Origin: Actinomycetota bacterium
Lineage (GTDB): Bacteria > Actinomycetota > Coriobacteriia > Anaerosomatales > D1FN1-002
DNA length: 63,485 nt
Direction: 5' to 3'
NCBI GenBank assembly: GCA_037445995.1
Contig: JBBIJK010000007.1
Span: 1-63,485 of the forward strand
Shown here piece after piece: positions 1-10,735 of the stretch (its first letter is position 1; each line of letters begins with the position of its first letter). The notes under the pieces are model-generated. The model was not told the DNA's origin. It saw only the letters and a program-made list of their open reading frames with translations, and did no database searches. The translations under genes and the position numbers were made by a program.

Positions 1-210
1 CTGATGATGGACAGGGTGTGCGAGGACCACGCGCCGCTGATCGTGACGCGCAAGGGTCGCGCGTCCGTGGTCATGATCTCCCTCGACGACTTCGAAGCAC
101 TCGAGGAGACCTCGCACCTGTTGCGCGGGCCGAGGAACGCGCAGCGCCTGCTTGAGTCGATTGTCGAGCTCGAGGCGGGCGGCGGCACCGAGCGGGAGCT
201 CGCCGAATGA
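1..210 (+). CDS. yefM: YefM/Phd-family antitoxin (5' end probably outside window)
   Basis: MDRVCEDHAPLIVTR...VVMISLDDFEALEETSHLLR.P.NAQRLLESI matches YefM; ATGA overlap with toxin gene. Confidence 0.92.
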   Translation: MMMDRVCEDHAPLIVTRKGRASVVMISLDDFEALEETSHLLRGPRNAQRLLESIVELEAGGGTERELAE

Positions 211-461
211 GGGTCGTGTTCTCCGAGCACGCCCGGGACGACTGCCTCTACTGGCAGACGACAGACCGCAAGATCGTCCGGCGGATCAACGCGCTCATCA
301 GGGACATCCAGCGCACCCCGTTCGAGGGCGTAGGCAAACCGGAGCCGTTGAAGCACGCGCTGTCGGGGTACTGGTCACGCCGGATCGATGGCACGCACCG
401 GATCGTCTACAAGGTGGAGGGCGAGGACTTGCGCATCGCTCAGCTCAGACACCACTACTGA
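207..461 (+). CDS. yoeB: Txe/YoeB-family mRNA interferase toxin
   Basis: 84 aa; GVGKPEPLKH.LSGYWSRRI...HRIVY and C-terminal HY. Confidence 0.95.
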   Translation: MRVVFSEHARDDCLYWQTTDRKIVRRINALIRDIQRTPFEGVGKPEPLKHALSGYWSRRIDGTHRIVYKVEGEDLRIAQLRHHY

Positions 462-519
462 CGAGTCTCACAGAACACGCGTGGCATGGCCCGCGAACGG
501 CCGGCTCGGCCGGCTCGGC

Positions 520-1485
520 TCAGCGAAGCGTCACCTCGCCGGCGGTCACCGCGCGCGTACCGCCCGCCGCGTCCCGCAGCAGGAGCCTGGCTTCGTCGTC
601 GACCCCTGCGATCGATCCGCTGGCGACCGTCGCGCCGCTTCTGTCGCGCACGACCGCCGCGGCTCCCAGGAACGCCATGCGCCCCTCGTACTCGGTCCGG
701 AGCGACCCGAAGCCTCCGGCCTCCATGTCGGCGACCGCTTCGACGATGCACTCGAGGAGTGCGGCAGCCGCCTCCGGCAGCCGCACCGTCTGTCCTCCGG
801 GCGCCTCGGCGAGGTAGGCGGCGCCCGCCGCTCCGACTTCGGGCCGCCTCACGTTGAGGCCGACCCCGATCACCGCCCACTCGAGGGCGTCGCTCTCGGC
901 CGAGACCTCCACCAACACGCCCGCGAGCTTGCCACCCTCCAGCATCACGTCGTTGGGCCACTTGACCGCAGCCTCCGGTACCCCCAGCCGCTCAACGCCC
1001 CGCGCCACCCCGAGCGCGCAGACCGGGGCGAGCGGCGCCGCTTCGTGCGGGGCGATCTCAGGTCGCAGGACGACCGACAGATAGACCCCGCCCGAAGGGG
1101 ATTCCCACGTCCTTCCCAGTCGCCCTCGCCCCCCGGTCTGCCGCGAAGCGAGTACCGCGGTCAAGCCCGGGGCGCCGGCGCGAGCCAGCTCCTTGGCGTC
1201 GTCGTTCGTGGAACCGGTGACTTCCCTGCCTGTGACGACCCAGCCGCGCCCTGCCCCCAGGAGGTGCGCGACCTCTTGGGGCAAGGGAAGGTCGGGAGCC
1301 GAGGCCAGCACGTATCCGCGGCCCGGACGGGACAGCACCACGTAGCCCGACTCGCGCAGTGCGGTGACGTGCTTGCCTACGGCCGCCCGGGAGACGCCGA
1401 TCCGCTCGGCCAGCTCCTGGCCCGAGACGCCAGCAGGGCCGCTCCGCCTCAGTGCGGCGAGAACCTCAGCTCTGGTCGGGTTCAC
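520..1485 (-). CDS. birA: Bifunctional biotin--[acetyl-CoA-carboxylase] ligase / HTH repressor
   Basis: N-terminal HTH (VSGQELAERIGVSRAAV), STN, QTGGRGRLGRTWESP, KWPND, KLAGVL; GTG start at 1485 inferred. Confidence 0.93.
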   Translation of the reverse strand: MNPTRAEVLAALRRSGPAGVSGQELAERIGVSRAAVGKHVTALRESGYVVLSRPGRGYVLASAPDLPLPQEVAHLLGAGRGWVVTGREVTGSTNDDAKELARAGAPGLTAVLASRQTGGRGRLGRTWESPSGGVYLSVVLRPEIAPHEAAPLAPVCALGVARGVERLGVPEAAVKWPNDVMLEGGKLAGVLVEVSAESDALEWAVIGVGLNVRRPEVGAAGAAYLAEAPGGQTVRLPEAAAALLECIVEAVADMEAGGFGSLRTEYEGRMAFLGAAAVVRDRSGATVASGSIAGVDDEARLLLRDAAGGTRAVTAGEVTLR

Positions 1486-2170
1486 CGGGCGCGTGCCCCT
1501 CCGGGTGTGCCGCGGCATACTCGGCGCCCAGCTTCGCGATCCGTCGCGCCGCCAAACGGCGACGGCCCCACCAGGCGGCCAGAATGCCGCCGAACACGAT
1601 GACGAACCCCATCCACCCCAACGCGCCGAGTACGCGCAGGCCGACCTCGAACCGGTCTCCGAGGAGCCAGCCGACCGCCACCATGAGGCTCGTGTACGCG
1701 GCGGCCCCGGCCGCGGTCCACCCGGCGAAGACCGCGACCCGCATCCTGGAAACGCCGGCCAGTACGGGGGTGATGTTCTTGAAGACCGCGACGAACCTCG
1801 CCAAGAAGACCGCCTTCGTGCCGTGGCGTTCGAAGTAGGCCTCGGCCGCGTCGAGCGTGTCGTGAAGCTTGCGGTTGCGACCGGCTATCCGCTCGAGGAA
1901 GGCGCGGCCGCCGCGAACACCGAGGACGAAGCTCGCCGTCGTCCCGGTGCAGGTGCCCAGGAAGGAGACCGCCCAGACCGCGAAGACGTTCAGCGTCTCC
2001 TCGCTCGCGGCCGTGAACGCGGCGACGGCCACGATGGTATCCCCCGGGGTGAAGCTACCGACAAGGAAGATGTTCTCCAGGGTCGTCGCGAGAAACGTGA
2101 TGAGATACCCGTGATCCGACATCAGTGCGAGGACTCGTTCGAGGAGCGTTATCGGCGTTTCCGTGATCAA
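1466..2170 (-). CDS. DedA-family membrane protein
   Basis: LENIFLVGSFTPGDT, YFERHGTKAVFLARFV, PVLAGVSRM motifs; hydrophobic segments. Confidence 0.9.
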   Translation of the reverse strand: MITETPITLLERVLALMSDHGYLITFLATTLENIFLVGSFTPGDTIVAVAAFTAASEETLNVFAVWAVSFLGTCTGTTASFVLGVRGGRAFLERIAGRNRKLHDTLDAAEAYFERHGTKAVFLARFVAVFKNITPVLAGVSRMRVAVFAGWTAAGAAAYTSLMVAVGWLLGDRFEVGLRVLGALGWMGFVIVFGGILAAWWGRRRLAARRIAKLGAEYAAAHPEGHAPGEPDQS

Positions 2171-3120
2171 GACCTCACCTGGTCCTCGGGGGCTTGGCGG
2201 ACCGGCTCATCGAACCCGAAGTCGACCGGAGACGCAAGTGTGAGGGCGCTCGTGGCCACCCGGTCCACCCCGGCGGCGGCCATCGCCGGCAGCCTGTCGA
2301 GGGTGATTCCCCCGGAGGCCTCGGTGATGACGAACCTCCCGGCGTCGCGGGCCGCCGAGCGCACCGCCTCGACCGCGGCGGCGAGCGTCGCGTCGTCCAT
2401 GTTGTCAAGAAGCACTAGGTCCGCTCCGGCGGCGGCGGCCTCCGCGGCCTGAGACGCCGTGTCGGCCTCCACCTCCACGAGCAGGTCGGGCCAGGCCTCG
2501 CGGGCGGCGCGCGTGGCCGCGGCGACACCGCCCGCCGCCCTGAGATGGTTGTCCTTGACCAGCACCATGTCCCACAGCCCCATCCGGTGGTTCGCGGCCC
2601 CGCCCACGCGGACAGCGTACTTCGCGAGGGCTCGCAGGCCCGGAGGGGTCTTGCGGGTGTCGGTGACCACGACCCCGCCCTCTGCGGCGTCCACCCATCG
2701 CCGCGACTCGGTGGCGATCCCCGACAGCGTCATCAGCAGGTTCAGCGCGGTCCGCTCGCCAGCGAGCAGGACACCGGCGTCGCCCGAGACCTCCGCCACA
2801 GCGTCCCCGGCCGACACCCGCGCGCCCTCTGCGACCAGAGGGAAGACCTCCACAGCCCCGGGACGCCCTGTTGCCGAGGCCAGGACGGAGTAGACGGCCT
2901 CCATCACCGGGAGCCCGCAGACGACGCCGGCCTTGCGCGCCACGGCGAGAAACTCGAGCCGATCGCCGGGGGAGACGAGCGCGGTGGTGGTCACGTCGCG
3001 CGCGAGCAGCCCCGGATCGCCGGTCGCGCCGCGTGCGAAACGCGTCGCGGACACGCCGAGGTCCTCGGCGAGCGCCGCGGCCACGACGTCCCGAACATCG
3101 GGCATCTCGTGCAACCTCAT
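2167..3120 (-). CDS. nadC: Nicotinate-nucleotide diphosphorylase (quinolinate phosphoribosyltransferase)
   Basis: GERTALN, DTRKT.PGLR, NHRMGL, VKDNH, LLDNM, EASGGIT; ATG at 3120 overlaps nadB stop. Confidence 0.95.
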   Translation of the reverse strand: MRLHEMPDVRDVVAAALAEDLGVSATRFARGATGDPGLLARDVTTTALVSPGDRLEFLAVARKAGVVCGLPVMEAVYSVLASATGRPGAVEVFPLVAEGARVSAGDAVAEVSGDAGVLLAGERTALNLLMTLSGIATESRRWVDAAEGGVVVTDTRKTPPGLRALAKYAVRVGGAANHRMGLWDMVLVKDNHLRAAGGVAAATRAAREAWPDLLVEVEADTASQAAEAAAAGADLVLLDNMDDATLAAAVEAVRSAARDAGRFVITEASGGITLDRLPAMAAAGVDRVATSALTLASPVDFGFDEPVRQAPEDQVRS

Positions 3121-4786
3121 CCCTCCAGTTCGCCCAGGGCGCCGACCGCGACAGCGCGCGGATGCTCCCCTCGCCTCCACACCACGTGCGCCCGCCACTC
3201 GTCGTCGTCGCGACAGGGGTGGTCCGATCGCCCATGGCATCCGCGCGTCTCCGTGCGCCACCAGGCCGCGTGCGCCGTCAGGACGGCGACAGTGAGCAGG
3301 TTCTGCGTCTCCATGCCAGCGGCGCTGGTCACCTCAGGGGCCGGACCCGTGGCAAGCTCTTCGATCCGGGCGACCGCGACGGACAGACCCGCGGCGTCGC
3401 GACCCGTGCCGACGTGCGCGCTCATCGTCTCCTGCAGCGCCGACCGGCCCGCGCCGGAGACCGAGGCGGCGTCTCCGCCAGCCAGGGCGGCGCCCTCCTC
3501 GCTGGCTATCCGGCGCGACGCCGGCCAGCCGATCTCAGGCTCCAGCGCCCGCATCATGCGGCGCGACGACACCAGGCCCTCGAGCAGCGAGTTGCTCGCA
3601 AGGCGGTTGGCGCCGTGCAGGCCCGAGCACGCGGCCTCGCCCGACGCGAACAGGCCCGCCAGCGTGGTGCGCCCGTCTACGTCGGTGCGGACCCCGCCTA
3701 TCGCGTAGTGCGCCGCGGGCGCCACGGGCACGCGGTCGCGGGAGAGGTCGAAGCCGGCGTCGGCGCAGGCGTCCCACACCGTCGGGAACCTGATCCTGAG
3801 GCGATCCGCACCGAGGTGACGGGCGTCGAGCCACACGTGCGGCGTCCCCGACTCGGCCATCACCCGCGCGATCTGGCGGCTCACCACGTCGCGCGGAGCG
3901 AGTTCCGCCAACTCGTGGACGCCGACCATGAAGCGTTCACCCGAGTCGTCGACAAGATACGCTCCCTCCCCCCGCAACGCCTCGGTCAGGAGGAACTTGG
4001 GGCTTGCCGAGGAGTCCAGGGCCGTCGGGTGGAACTGGACGAACTCCACGTCGGCCACGTCGGCGCCCGCCCGCCATGCGGCGGCCACGCCGTCCCCGGT
4101 GGCGCTCAGCGGGTTGGTCGTGACCCGGAAGGCCTGCCCGCACCCGCCGGTGGCCAGGAGCACCGCGCCCGCGAAGATGGCTTCAAGCTCGCCGGCGGCG
4201 GGTTCGAGCACCAGCGCCCCGACGCACCTGTCGCCCGCGGTCAGCAGGTCCACGAGGAAGCGGTCCTCGCGAAGGTCCACGCCCGGCGAGTCGACCAGAG
4301 CGCGCGCGAGCGCGTTCTGGACGGCCGCGCCCGTGGCGTCCCCGGAGTGCAGGACGCGAGGTAGCGAGTGGCCCGCCTCGAGCGCCAGCGCCGGGCCGCC
4401 GTCGTCGGCCAGGTCGAAACGCACACCCTTGGCGGCCAGCCCGCGCAGCGCCTGCGCGGCTTCCAGCACGACGGAGCGCACCACGCGCTCCTCGCACAGG
4501 CCCTGGCCGACGACCAGCGTGTCGGCCAGGTGCAGCTCGACGGAGTCGGCCACGCCGACCGCGCCGGCGATGCCTCCTTGGGCGAGCCATGTGGCGGTGT
4601 CGGTGACGCGCGACTTGGTCACCAGCACCACCTGCAGCCCCGCCGCGGAAGCCTCGAGCGCGGCGGTGAGACCGGCGATCCCCGAGCCGACGACGAGCAG
4701 GTCGCAGGTGCGTCGCGGCATCGCCTGGGTGTCGAAGCGCAGCAGGTAGCGCCTCTCCAGCGTCGGCGGGAGGACTCCCGGCGAGC

Positions 4787-4790
<4 letters not shown>
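3117..4790 (-). CDS. nadB: L-aspartate oxidase
   Basis: GSGIAGL, AQGGIA, EFVQFHPT, ELAPRDVV, GLHGANRLASNSLLEG. Confidence 0.95.
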
Positions 4791-5701
<911 letters not shown>

Positions 5702-5728
5702 GCCGTCTCCTCGCGATCCCACGCGCCC

Positions 5729-6595
5729 TCACGCCCCCCGGGGCCCGGACGGGCGCAGCGCGATGTTGTCGATGAGTCTGGTATTCCCGACGCTGCCCGC
5801 GACCAGCGCTCTTGCGTCGGCGTCCACCCGTGTCAGCGGCTCGAGCGTGACCGGATCGACCACGGCCAGGTAGTCGGGTCTGGCCAGCGGCTCCGCGTCG
5901 GCGACCTCGCGCATCGCGGCCTCAAGCGCTCCCGCGTCACGCTCCCCGCCGGCCAGGGCCGCGGCGGCGGCCTCCATCGCGCGAAACAGCCACGTCGCCG
6001 CGGCGCGCTCAGGCCCTCCGAGCCTGCGATTCCGGGAGGACAGGGCCAGCCCGTCGGGCTCGCGCACCGTGGGAAGCCCGACGATCCGGGTCCCGAGGTC
6101 GAGGTCCCGAGCGAGCCCCTCGACTATCCTGAGCTGCTGGTAGTCCTTCTCGCCGAAGTACGCCGTATCGGCGCGAGCGACCGCGAGCAGCTTGGTGACG
6201 ACCGTCGCCACCCCTGCGAAGTGGCCCGGCCTGTGCTCGCCCTCCCAGCGGGCGGCCAGAGGCCCGGGCTCGACCGTCGCCCCGCGAGCGCCGCCGTACA
6301 TCTCGCCGACCGAGGGCGCGAAGACCCAGTCGACGCCGTGCTCGGCGCAGGCGGCGAGGTCCCCTTCGAGGTCAGCCGGGTAGGCCGCGAGATCGGCGGC
6401 GGAGTCGAACTGGGTGGGATTCACGAACACCGACACGATGACGCGCGCCTCGCGTGCCCGGGCGGCGCGGACCAGCGAGAGGTGGCCTTCGTGGAGCGCG
6501 CCCATCGTAGGCACCAGGCCCACGCTGGCTCCGGCCGCTCGCGCTCCGGTGACCGCCTCCCTGAGCTCGGCCTTGGTCCTGAGCAGTACCGTCAT
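5729..6595 (-). CDS. panC: Pantoate--beta-alanine ligase
   Basis: [49 protein letters not shown]; ATG overlaps panB stop. Confidence 0.96.
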   Translation of the reverse strand: MTVLLRTKAELREAVTGARAAGASVGLVPTMGALHEGHLSLVRAARAREARVIVSVFVNPTQFDSAADLAAYPADLEGDLAACAEHGVDWVFAPSVGEMYGGARGATVEPGPLAARWEGEHRPGHFAGVATVVTKLLAVARADTAYFGEKDYQQLRIVEGLARDLDLGTRIVGLPTVREPDGLALSSRNRRLGGPERAAATWLFRAMEAAAAALAGGERDAGALEAAMREVADAEPLARPDYLAVVDPVTLEPLTRVDADARALVAGSVGNTRLIDNIALRPSGPRGA

Positions 6596-7503
6596 GAGCC
6601 ACCAAGCCTGGGCGGCCCGCCCGCCACGCGACGAAGCCTGCGGCGCTTCGAGGCCTCGACCTCGGCAAGGGCGGCCGGGTCCATGGGCGTGGACTGCTCC
6701 GCGCCCGGGAACGCGCCCGCTCGCACCTCCTCGGCGTAGGAGGCGACGGCCGCGGTCACGGCTTCGCCGATGTCGGCGTAGCGCTTCGCGTGGCGCGGGG
6801 TGCGCTCGGACATCCCGAGCATGTCGTGGAAGACCTGGACCTCGCCGTCGCAGTGCGGGCCAGCGCCGATGCCGATGGTGGGGATGACCAGCTCCGCTGT
6901 CACCAGCCCGGCCAGCTCGGCGGGGATGCACTCCAGGACGACGGCGAACGCGCCCGCGTCCTGCAGCGCGCGGGCGTCCTCCAGGAGCCGCAGCGCCGCG
7001 GCCGCCTCCCTGGCCTGGACGCGGTATCCGCCCATCGCATGGACCGACTGGGGAGTGAGCCCCACATGGCCCATCACGGGGATGCCCGCGTCGACCAGCT
7101 TGGCGACGGTAGAGGCGACGCCGGACCCGCCCTCGAGCTTGACGGCGGCCGCTCCGGACCCGGCCACGAGCCTGCCGGCGTTGCGGAGCGCCTCCTCGGG
7201 CGAGACCTGGAAGGACATGAACGGCATGTCGGCCACGACCAAGGCGCGCTCGACCCCGCGGACGACAGCGGCGGTGTGCGAGACCATGTCCTCCATCGTC
7301 ACCGGCAGCGTCGAGTCGTGACCGAGCACCGTCATCCCCAGCGAATCGCCGACGAGCACGACATCCACGCCCGCGGCGTCCACGAGGCGCGCGCCGGTGG
7401 CGTCGTATGCGGTCACCATGACGATCCTGCGGCCGGCTTCCTTCATCATGCGAAGGGCGGCCGCCGTTACGGGCCCTGGGCGGCCCAACGGTACGGCGCT
7501 CAT
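6592..7503 (-). CDS. panB: 3-methyl-2-oxobutanoate hydroxymethyltransferase
   Basis: [36 protein letters not shown]. Confidence 0.96.
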   Translation of the reverse strand: MSAVPLGRPGPVTAAALRMMKEAGRRIVMVTAYDATGARLVDAAGVDVVLVGDSLGMTVLGHDSTLPVTMEDMVSHTAAVVRGVERALVVADMPFMSFQVSPEEALRNAGRLVAGSGAAAVKLEGGSGVASTVAKLVDAGIPVMGHVGLTPQSVHAMGGYRVQAREAAAALRLLEDARALQDAGAFAVVLECIPAELAGLVTAELVIPTIGIGAGPHCDGEVQVFHDMLGMSERTPRHAKRYADIGEAVTAAVASYAEEVRAGAFPGAEQSTPMDPAALAEVEASKRRRLRRVAGGPPRLGGS

Positions 7504-7525
7504 CTGCGAGCTCCTTCCCTTCCGT

Positions 7526-7561
7526 GACCGTCCCGGCCGCGGACGTGCGGTCCAGGCGGTC
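7526..7561 (-). ncRNA. Candidate pan RNA motif in panB 5' UTR (hairpin with two bulged A)
   Basis: Minus strand GACCG-CCUGG-A-CCGC-loop-GCGG-CCGGG-A-CGGUC folds into a long stem with one bulged A per side, between a -10 box and the panB RBS. Confidence 0.6.
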
Positions 7562-7576
7562 CCCTGCGGGGGCTAG

Positions 7577-7585
7577 ATTGTAGCA
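7577..7585 (-). promoter_or_regulatory. Extended -10 promoter for panBC-nadABC
   Basis: TGcTACAAT on minus strand in the folK-panB gap. Confidence 0.55.
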
Positions 7586-7624
7586 CCGGTCCGCGCCCGC
7601 GCGACGCGGCGCGGACGCCGGGCC

Positions 7625-8452
7625 CTAGCCCGCCAGCAAGCCCCTCGCGCGCGCCTCGAACGCGGCCGGGACCAGCAGACGGACTCCCGCCTCGACGAAG
7701 TAGGGGACCGCGCCAGTATGGCTGAACGAGTCCGGCGGATCGAGGGCCGCCGGGATCCCGGCGGCGTGCAGCTGCTGCATCGTCACCTTGAGTTGCGCCA
7801 CCCGGCCGGCCGCCTGCCTGGACGCCGACGCGACCTCGACCCACGGCTCAGCGGGGTCCCACCAGACGTCGGGCTGGTCGCGTACGTCCGGAGCCTCGCG
7901 GACCGCCGCCTCCGCCCGTTCGAGCTCGAGCTCGTCCTCCGCGGGACCCTCGTAGCCTGGGACGGGGCCGAGCTCCCCCACGATGGCGCCTGCCGTGGCG
8001 GCGCCTCGCAGGCTCCTGACGGCGCGCCCGTCCGGCAGCGCCGCGCCAGGAGCGATCTGCAGCAGCGGCACCACCACGAACTCGCGTTCGAGCATCCTGG
8101 GGTGCGGGACCGTGATCTCGGGGCGCTGCCACTCCTCGTCCCCGAAGAGCAGCAGGTCCAGGTCGATGACGCGCGGGCCGTTCGGGGGGGCGCTCCTGTC
8201 CCTTCCCATCGAGTCCTCGACGTCCAGCATCCATCCGAGGAGCATGTCGGCGGGCATCGCGGTCCGCACCGCCGCCACCGCGTTCGCGAACCTGGGCTGC
8301 TCGGGTCCGCCCCAAGGCTCAGACTCGTAGACGTGCGAGCAGCGGGCGACGACAGCGTCGGTCTCGCTCTCCAGCCGCCACAGGGCCTCCGCCAGGTTGT
8401 CCACCCGGTCGCCCAGGTTCGAGCCCAGGCCGATGAGCGCCTCGGTCTTCAA
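7625..8452 (-). CDS. folK: 2-amino-4-hydroxy-6-hydroxymethyldihydropteridine diphosphokinase with C-terminal extension
   Basis: IGLGSNLGDR, YESEPWG, FANAV, GPRVIDLDLL, PHPRMLEREFV; TTG start overlapping folP stop; about 110 extra C-terminal aa. Confidence 0.92.
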   Translation of the reverse strand: MKTEALIGLGSNLGDRVDNLAEALWRLESETDAVVARCSHVYESEPWGGPEQPRFANAVAAVRTAMPADMLLGWMLDVEDSMGRDRSAPPNGPRVIDLDLLLFGDEEWQRPEITVPHPRMLEREFVVVPLLQIAPGAALPDGRAVRSLRGAATAGAIVGELGPVPGYEGPAEDELELERAEAAVREAPDVRDQPDVWWDPAEPWVEVASASRQAAGRVAQLKVTMQQLHAAGIPAALDPPDSFSHTGAVPYFVEAGVRLLVPAAFEARARGLLAG

Positions 8453-9294
8453 CGCGGCACCCCCAGGGACGCCGCGACGCGGAGGGCCTGAACGCTGTCC
8501 GCCACGTCGTGCACCCGCACGATGTCCGCGCCGCTGGCCACCGCAAGGGCGGCTGCCGCGAGGCTGCCGGCGAGACGGGCGCCCGGTTCGTCGACGCCGG
8601 TCAGCTCCCCGATCATCCGCTTGCGAGACACCCCGACCGCCACCGGGTATCCCAGCGAGGCGAGGCGAGGCAGCCCTCGCAGGAGCGCGAGGTTGTGCTC
8701 GAGGAGCTTGCCGAAGCCGATGCCGGGGTCGACACAGATGCGGTCCCTTTCGACCCCGGCAGCCGCCAACCCCTCGGCCTGGCGCTCCAGCCACTCGCAA
8801 ACCTCCGCCACGACGTCCCGGTAGACCGGCGCGTCCTGCATCGTCCCGGGCTCGCCCAGCATGTGCATCACCACGAGTCCCGCGTCGCACCCGGCGGCCA
8901 CCCTGACCATCGCGGCGTCGCGGAACCCGCCGACGTCGTTGATGACGCTGGCGCCGGCCGCGACGCACGCCTCGGCGCACTCGGCGTGACGGGTGTCGAC
9001 CGACAGCGGTACCTCCAGGTCCTCGGCGAGCCGTCCGATCACGGGCCGGACCCGAGCGGTCTCCTCCGCTGGCGGGACCTCCGCCGCGCCTGGCCTGGTC
9101 GATTCGCCCCCCACGTCGATGACGTCAGCGCCGTCCTCGGCCATCCGTCCGGCGTGCGCGAGCGCCGCGAGCGGGTCTGCGAACAACCCTCCGTCCGAGA
9201 ACGAGTCAGGGGTGACGTTCAGGACCCCCATCACCAGCGGCCGGTCCAGCGGGAGCGAGAAGCGCCCGCAGCGCCATACGCGACCCGGTCTCAC
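8449..9294 (-). CDS. folP: Dihydropteroate synthase
   Basis: VMGVLNVTPDSFSDGG, DVGGESTRPGA, DPGIGFGK, GVSRK, RVHDV. Confidence 0.96.
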   Translation of the reverse strand: MRPGRVWRCGRFSLPLDRPLVMGVLNVTPDSFSDGGLFADPLAALAHAGRMAEDGADVIDVGGESTRPGAAEVPPAEETARVRPVIGRLAEDLEVPLSVDTRHAECAEACVAAGASVINDVGGFRDAAMVRVAAGCDAGLVVMHMLGEPGTMQDAPVYRDVVAEVCEWLERQAEGLAAAGVERDRICVDPGIGFGKLLEHNLALLRGLPRLASLGYPVAVGVSRKRMIGELTGVDEPGARLAGSLAAAALAVASGADIVRVHDVADSVQALRVAASLGVPR

Positions 9295-9569
9295 GCCCGC
9301 CCCCGGCCGACGAGAGAAGTCGCGACGCAGAAGAGCGCGAAGCCCGCTGCGGCAGCCACCGTGGCGGCAGGCCCCAGCGGGAGGTCGATCTGCGCGCCGA
9401 TCAGGACGGCCGCCCCAGCCGAGAAGGTCACGAGCCACAGGGTGACGCCGACGAACAGAGCGCCGAGCAGGGTCACGCCCGCCCGACGCCATCGTCCCTC
9501 GGCCGGCGTCGCCATCGAAGTGAGCGCCCATGTCGCCAGCGCGGCGGCGACAGCCAGCCAGCCGTACAC
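9291..9569 (-). CDS. Small membrane protein (about 3 TM), unknown function
   Basis: Fills the folE-folP gap exactly; three hydrophobic stretches. Confidence 0.7.
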   Translation of the reverse strand: MYGWLAVAAALATWALTSMATPAEGRWRRAGVTLLGALFVGVTLWLVTFSAGAAVLIGAQIDLPLGPAATVAAAAGFALFCVATSLVGRGRA

Positions 9570-9570
9570 C

Positions 9571-10134
9571 CTAGCGCCCCGTGATCAGCGCCATGGCCTC
9601 GGCGCGCGTCTTGGAGGAGCGCTCGAAGATGCCGCGCACGGCGCTCGTCACGGTGAGCGCGCCGGGCTTTCGCACCCCCCGCATGGACATGCACAGGTGC
9701 TCGGCCTCGATGACCACGACGACGCCGGTCGGGGCCAGATGCTCCACGATCGTGTCCGCCACCTGGGAGGTCATCCGCTCCTGCACCTGCGGTCGCCTCG
9801 CGAAGGTCTCGACCACCCTGGCCAGCTTCGAAAGGCCGCAGATCCTGCCCGAGGGTCCCGGGATGTAGGCCACGTGCGCCTTCCCGAGGAACGGCAGCAG
9901 GTGGTGCTCGCAGACCGAGTACAGCGGGATGTCGCGGACGAGCACCATCTCGCGGTGGCCCTCCTCGAAGGTCACGCAGAAGTGCTCGCCCGGGTCCGCC
10001 CCGACGCCCGCGAAGACCTCGGCGTACATCTCCGCGACCCGCCCGGGAGTGTCCCGCAGCCCGTCGCGGGAGGGATCCTCGCCGATGCCCTCCAGGAGCA
10101 GCCTGACGCCCTGGGCTATCTTCTCGCGGTCCAT
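9571..10134 (-). CDS. folE: GTP cyclohydrolase I
   Basis: [41 protein letters not shown]. Confidence 0.97.
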   Translation of the reverse strand: MDREKIAQGVRLLLEGIGEDPSRDGLRDTPGRVAEMYAEVFAGVGADPGEHFCVTFEEGHREMVLVRDIPLYSVCEHHLLPFLGKAHVAYIPGPSGRICGLSKLARVVETFARRPQVQERMTSQVADTIVEHLAPTGVVVVIEAEHLCMSMRGVRKPGALTVTSAVRGIFERSSKTRAEAMALITGR

Positions 10135-10181
10135 CGTCCCTCCGCAGTCTCAACCGCCGAACACCGGGCACCCACTAGGTT

Positions 10182-10251
10182 ACCCCACGCCGCCGCGGGG
10201 GCACGTGGCGGCTCATCACCCCACGCCGCCGCGGGCGGCCGTGGCAGCTCA
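10182..10251. repeat. Two tandem 34-bp imperfect palindromic repeats (36-bp period)
   Basis: accccacgccgccgcgggggcacgtggcggctca (10182-10215) and accccacgccgccgcgggcggccgtggcagctca (10218-10251); 4 mismatches; each can form a ccacg...cgtgg hairpin. Confidence 0.75.
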
Positions 10252-10722
10252 GTCCGCCCTGACCAGCGGTGCGAGGTCCGGAGGCAAAGGGGGCGGGGTG
10301 GCCGGGAGGTACGGGGCGGCGTGCGCGGGCACGCGGAAGTCCAGGTACGCCTCGACCCACTCCTTGGTCAGCTGCTCGAGACGGGCACGGACGCGAGGCG
10401 AGCGGCGATGCGGCAGGTCGATGCCGGGCCAGTGGAGCAGCGAGCCGAGCCAGCCGTGCCCCACCGCGTCCTGCCCGGAGTGGAGCGCGACCCCCAGGTG
10501 CGGGATCGACCTCTCCGCGACGGCCCAGGCAAGGTAGGCGCGGGCTGTGCGCCAGGCCCCGAACGTCACCAGGTGATAGCGCTTGAACTCCAGCCTCCAG
10601 CGGCCTTTGAAGCCCGAGTCGGTGCGGATGTTCCAGCGCGCGAGCGACTCGGCCTCAGCCTCGGTGAAGCCTGCCTCCTGGGCCCATCGGCGAGTGAGCA
10701 GATAGTGGACCTCGCCGTTCAA
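10249..10722 (-). CDS. Hypothetical protein, possible Zn-dependent phospholipase C/P1 nuclease-like fold
   Basis: N-terminal H (EVHYLLT), D (RTD), YH and LGVALHSGQDAVGH pattern; TTG start inferred just after ftsH. Confidence 0.6.
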   Translation of the reverse strand: MNGEVHYLLTRRWAQEAGFTEAEAESLARWNIRTDSGFKGRWRLEFKRYHLVTFGAWRTARAYLAWAVAERSIPHLGVALHSGQDAVGHGWLGSLLHWPGIDLPHRRSPRVRARLEQLTKEWVEAYLDFRVPAHAAPYLPATPPPLPPDLAPLVRAD

Positions 10723-10735
10723 CTCCCGGCCCCGA

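Noticed and set aside
501-520. Short cggctcggc tandem repeat between yoeB and birA
   Set aside because: Too short and GC-rich to distinguish from chance
10182-10251. Possible CRISPR array
   Set aside because: Only two units separated by 2 bp, no spacers and no cas genes; no array seen anywhere in the window
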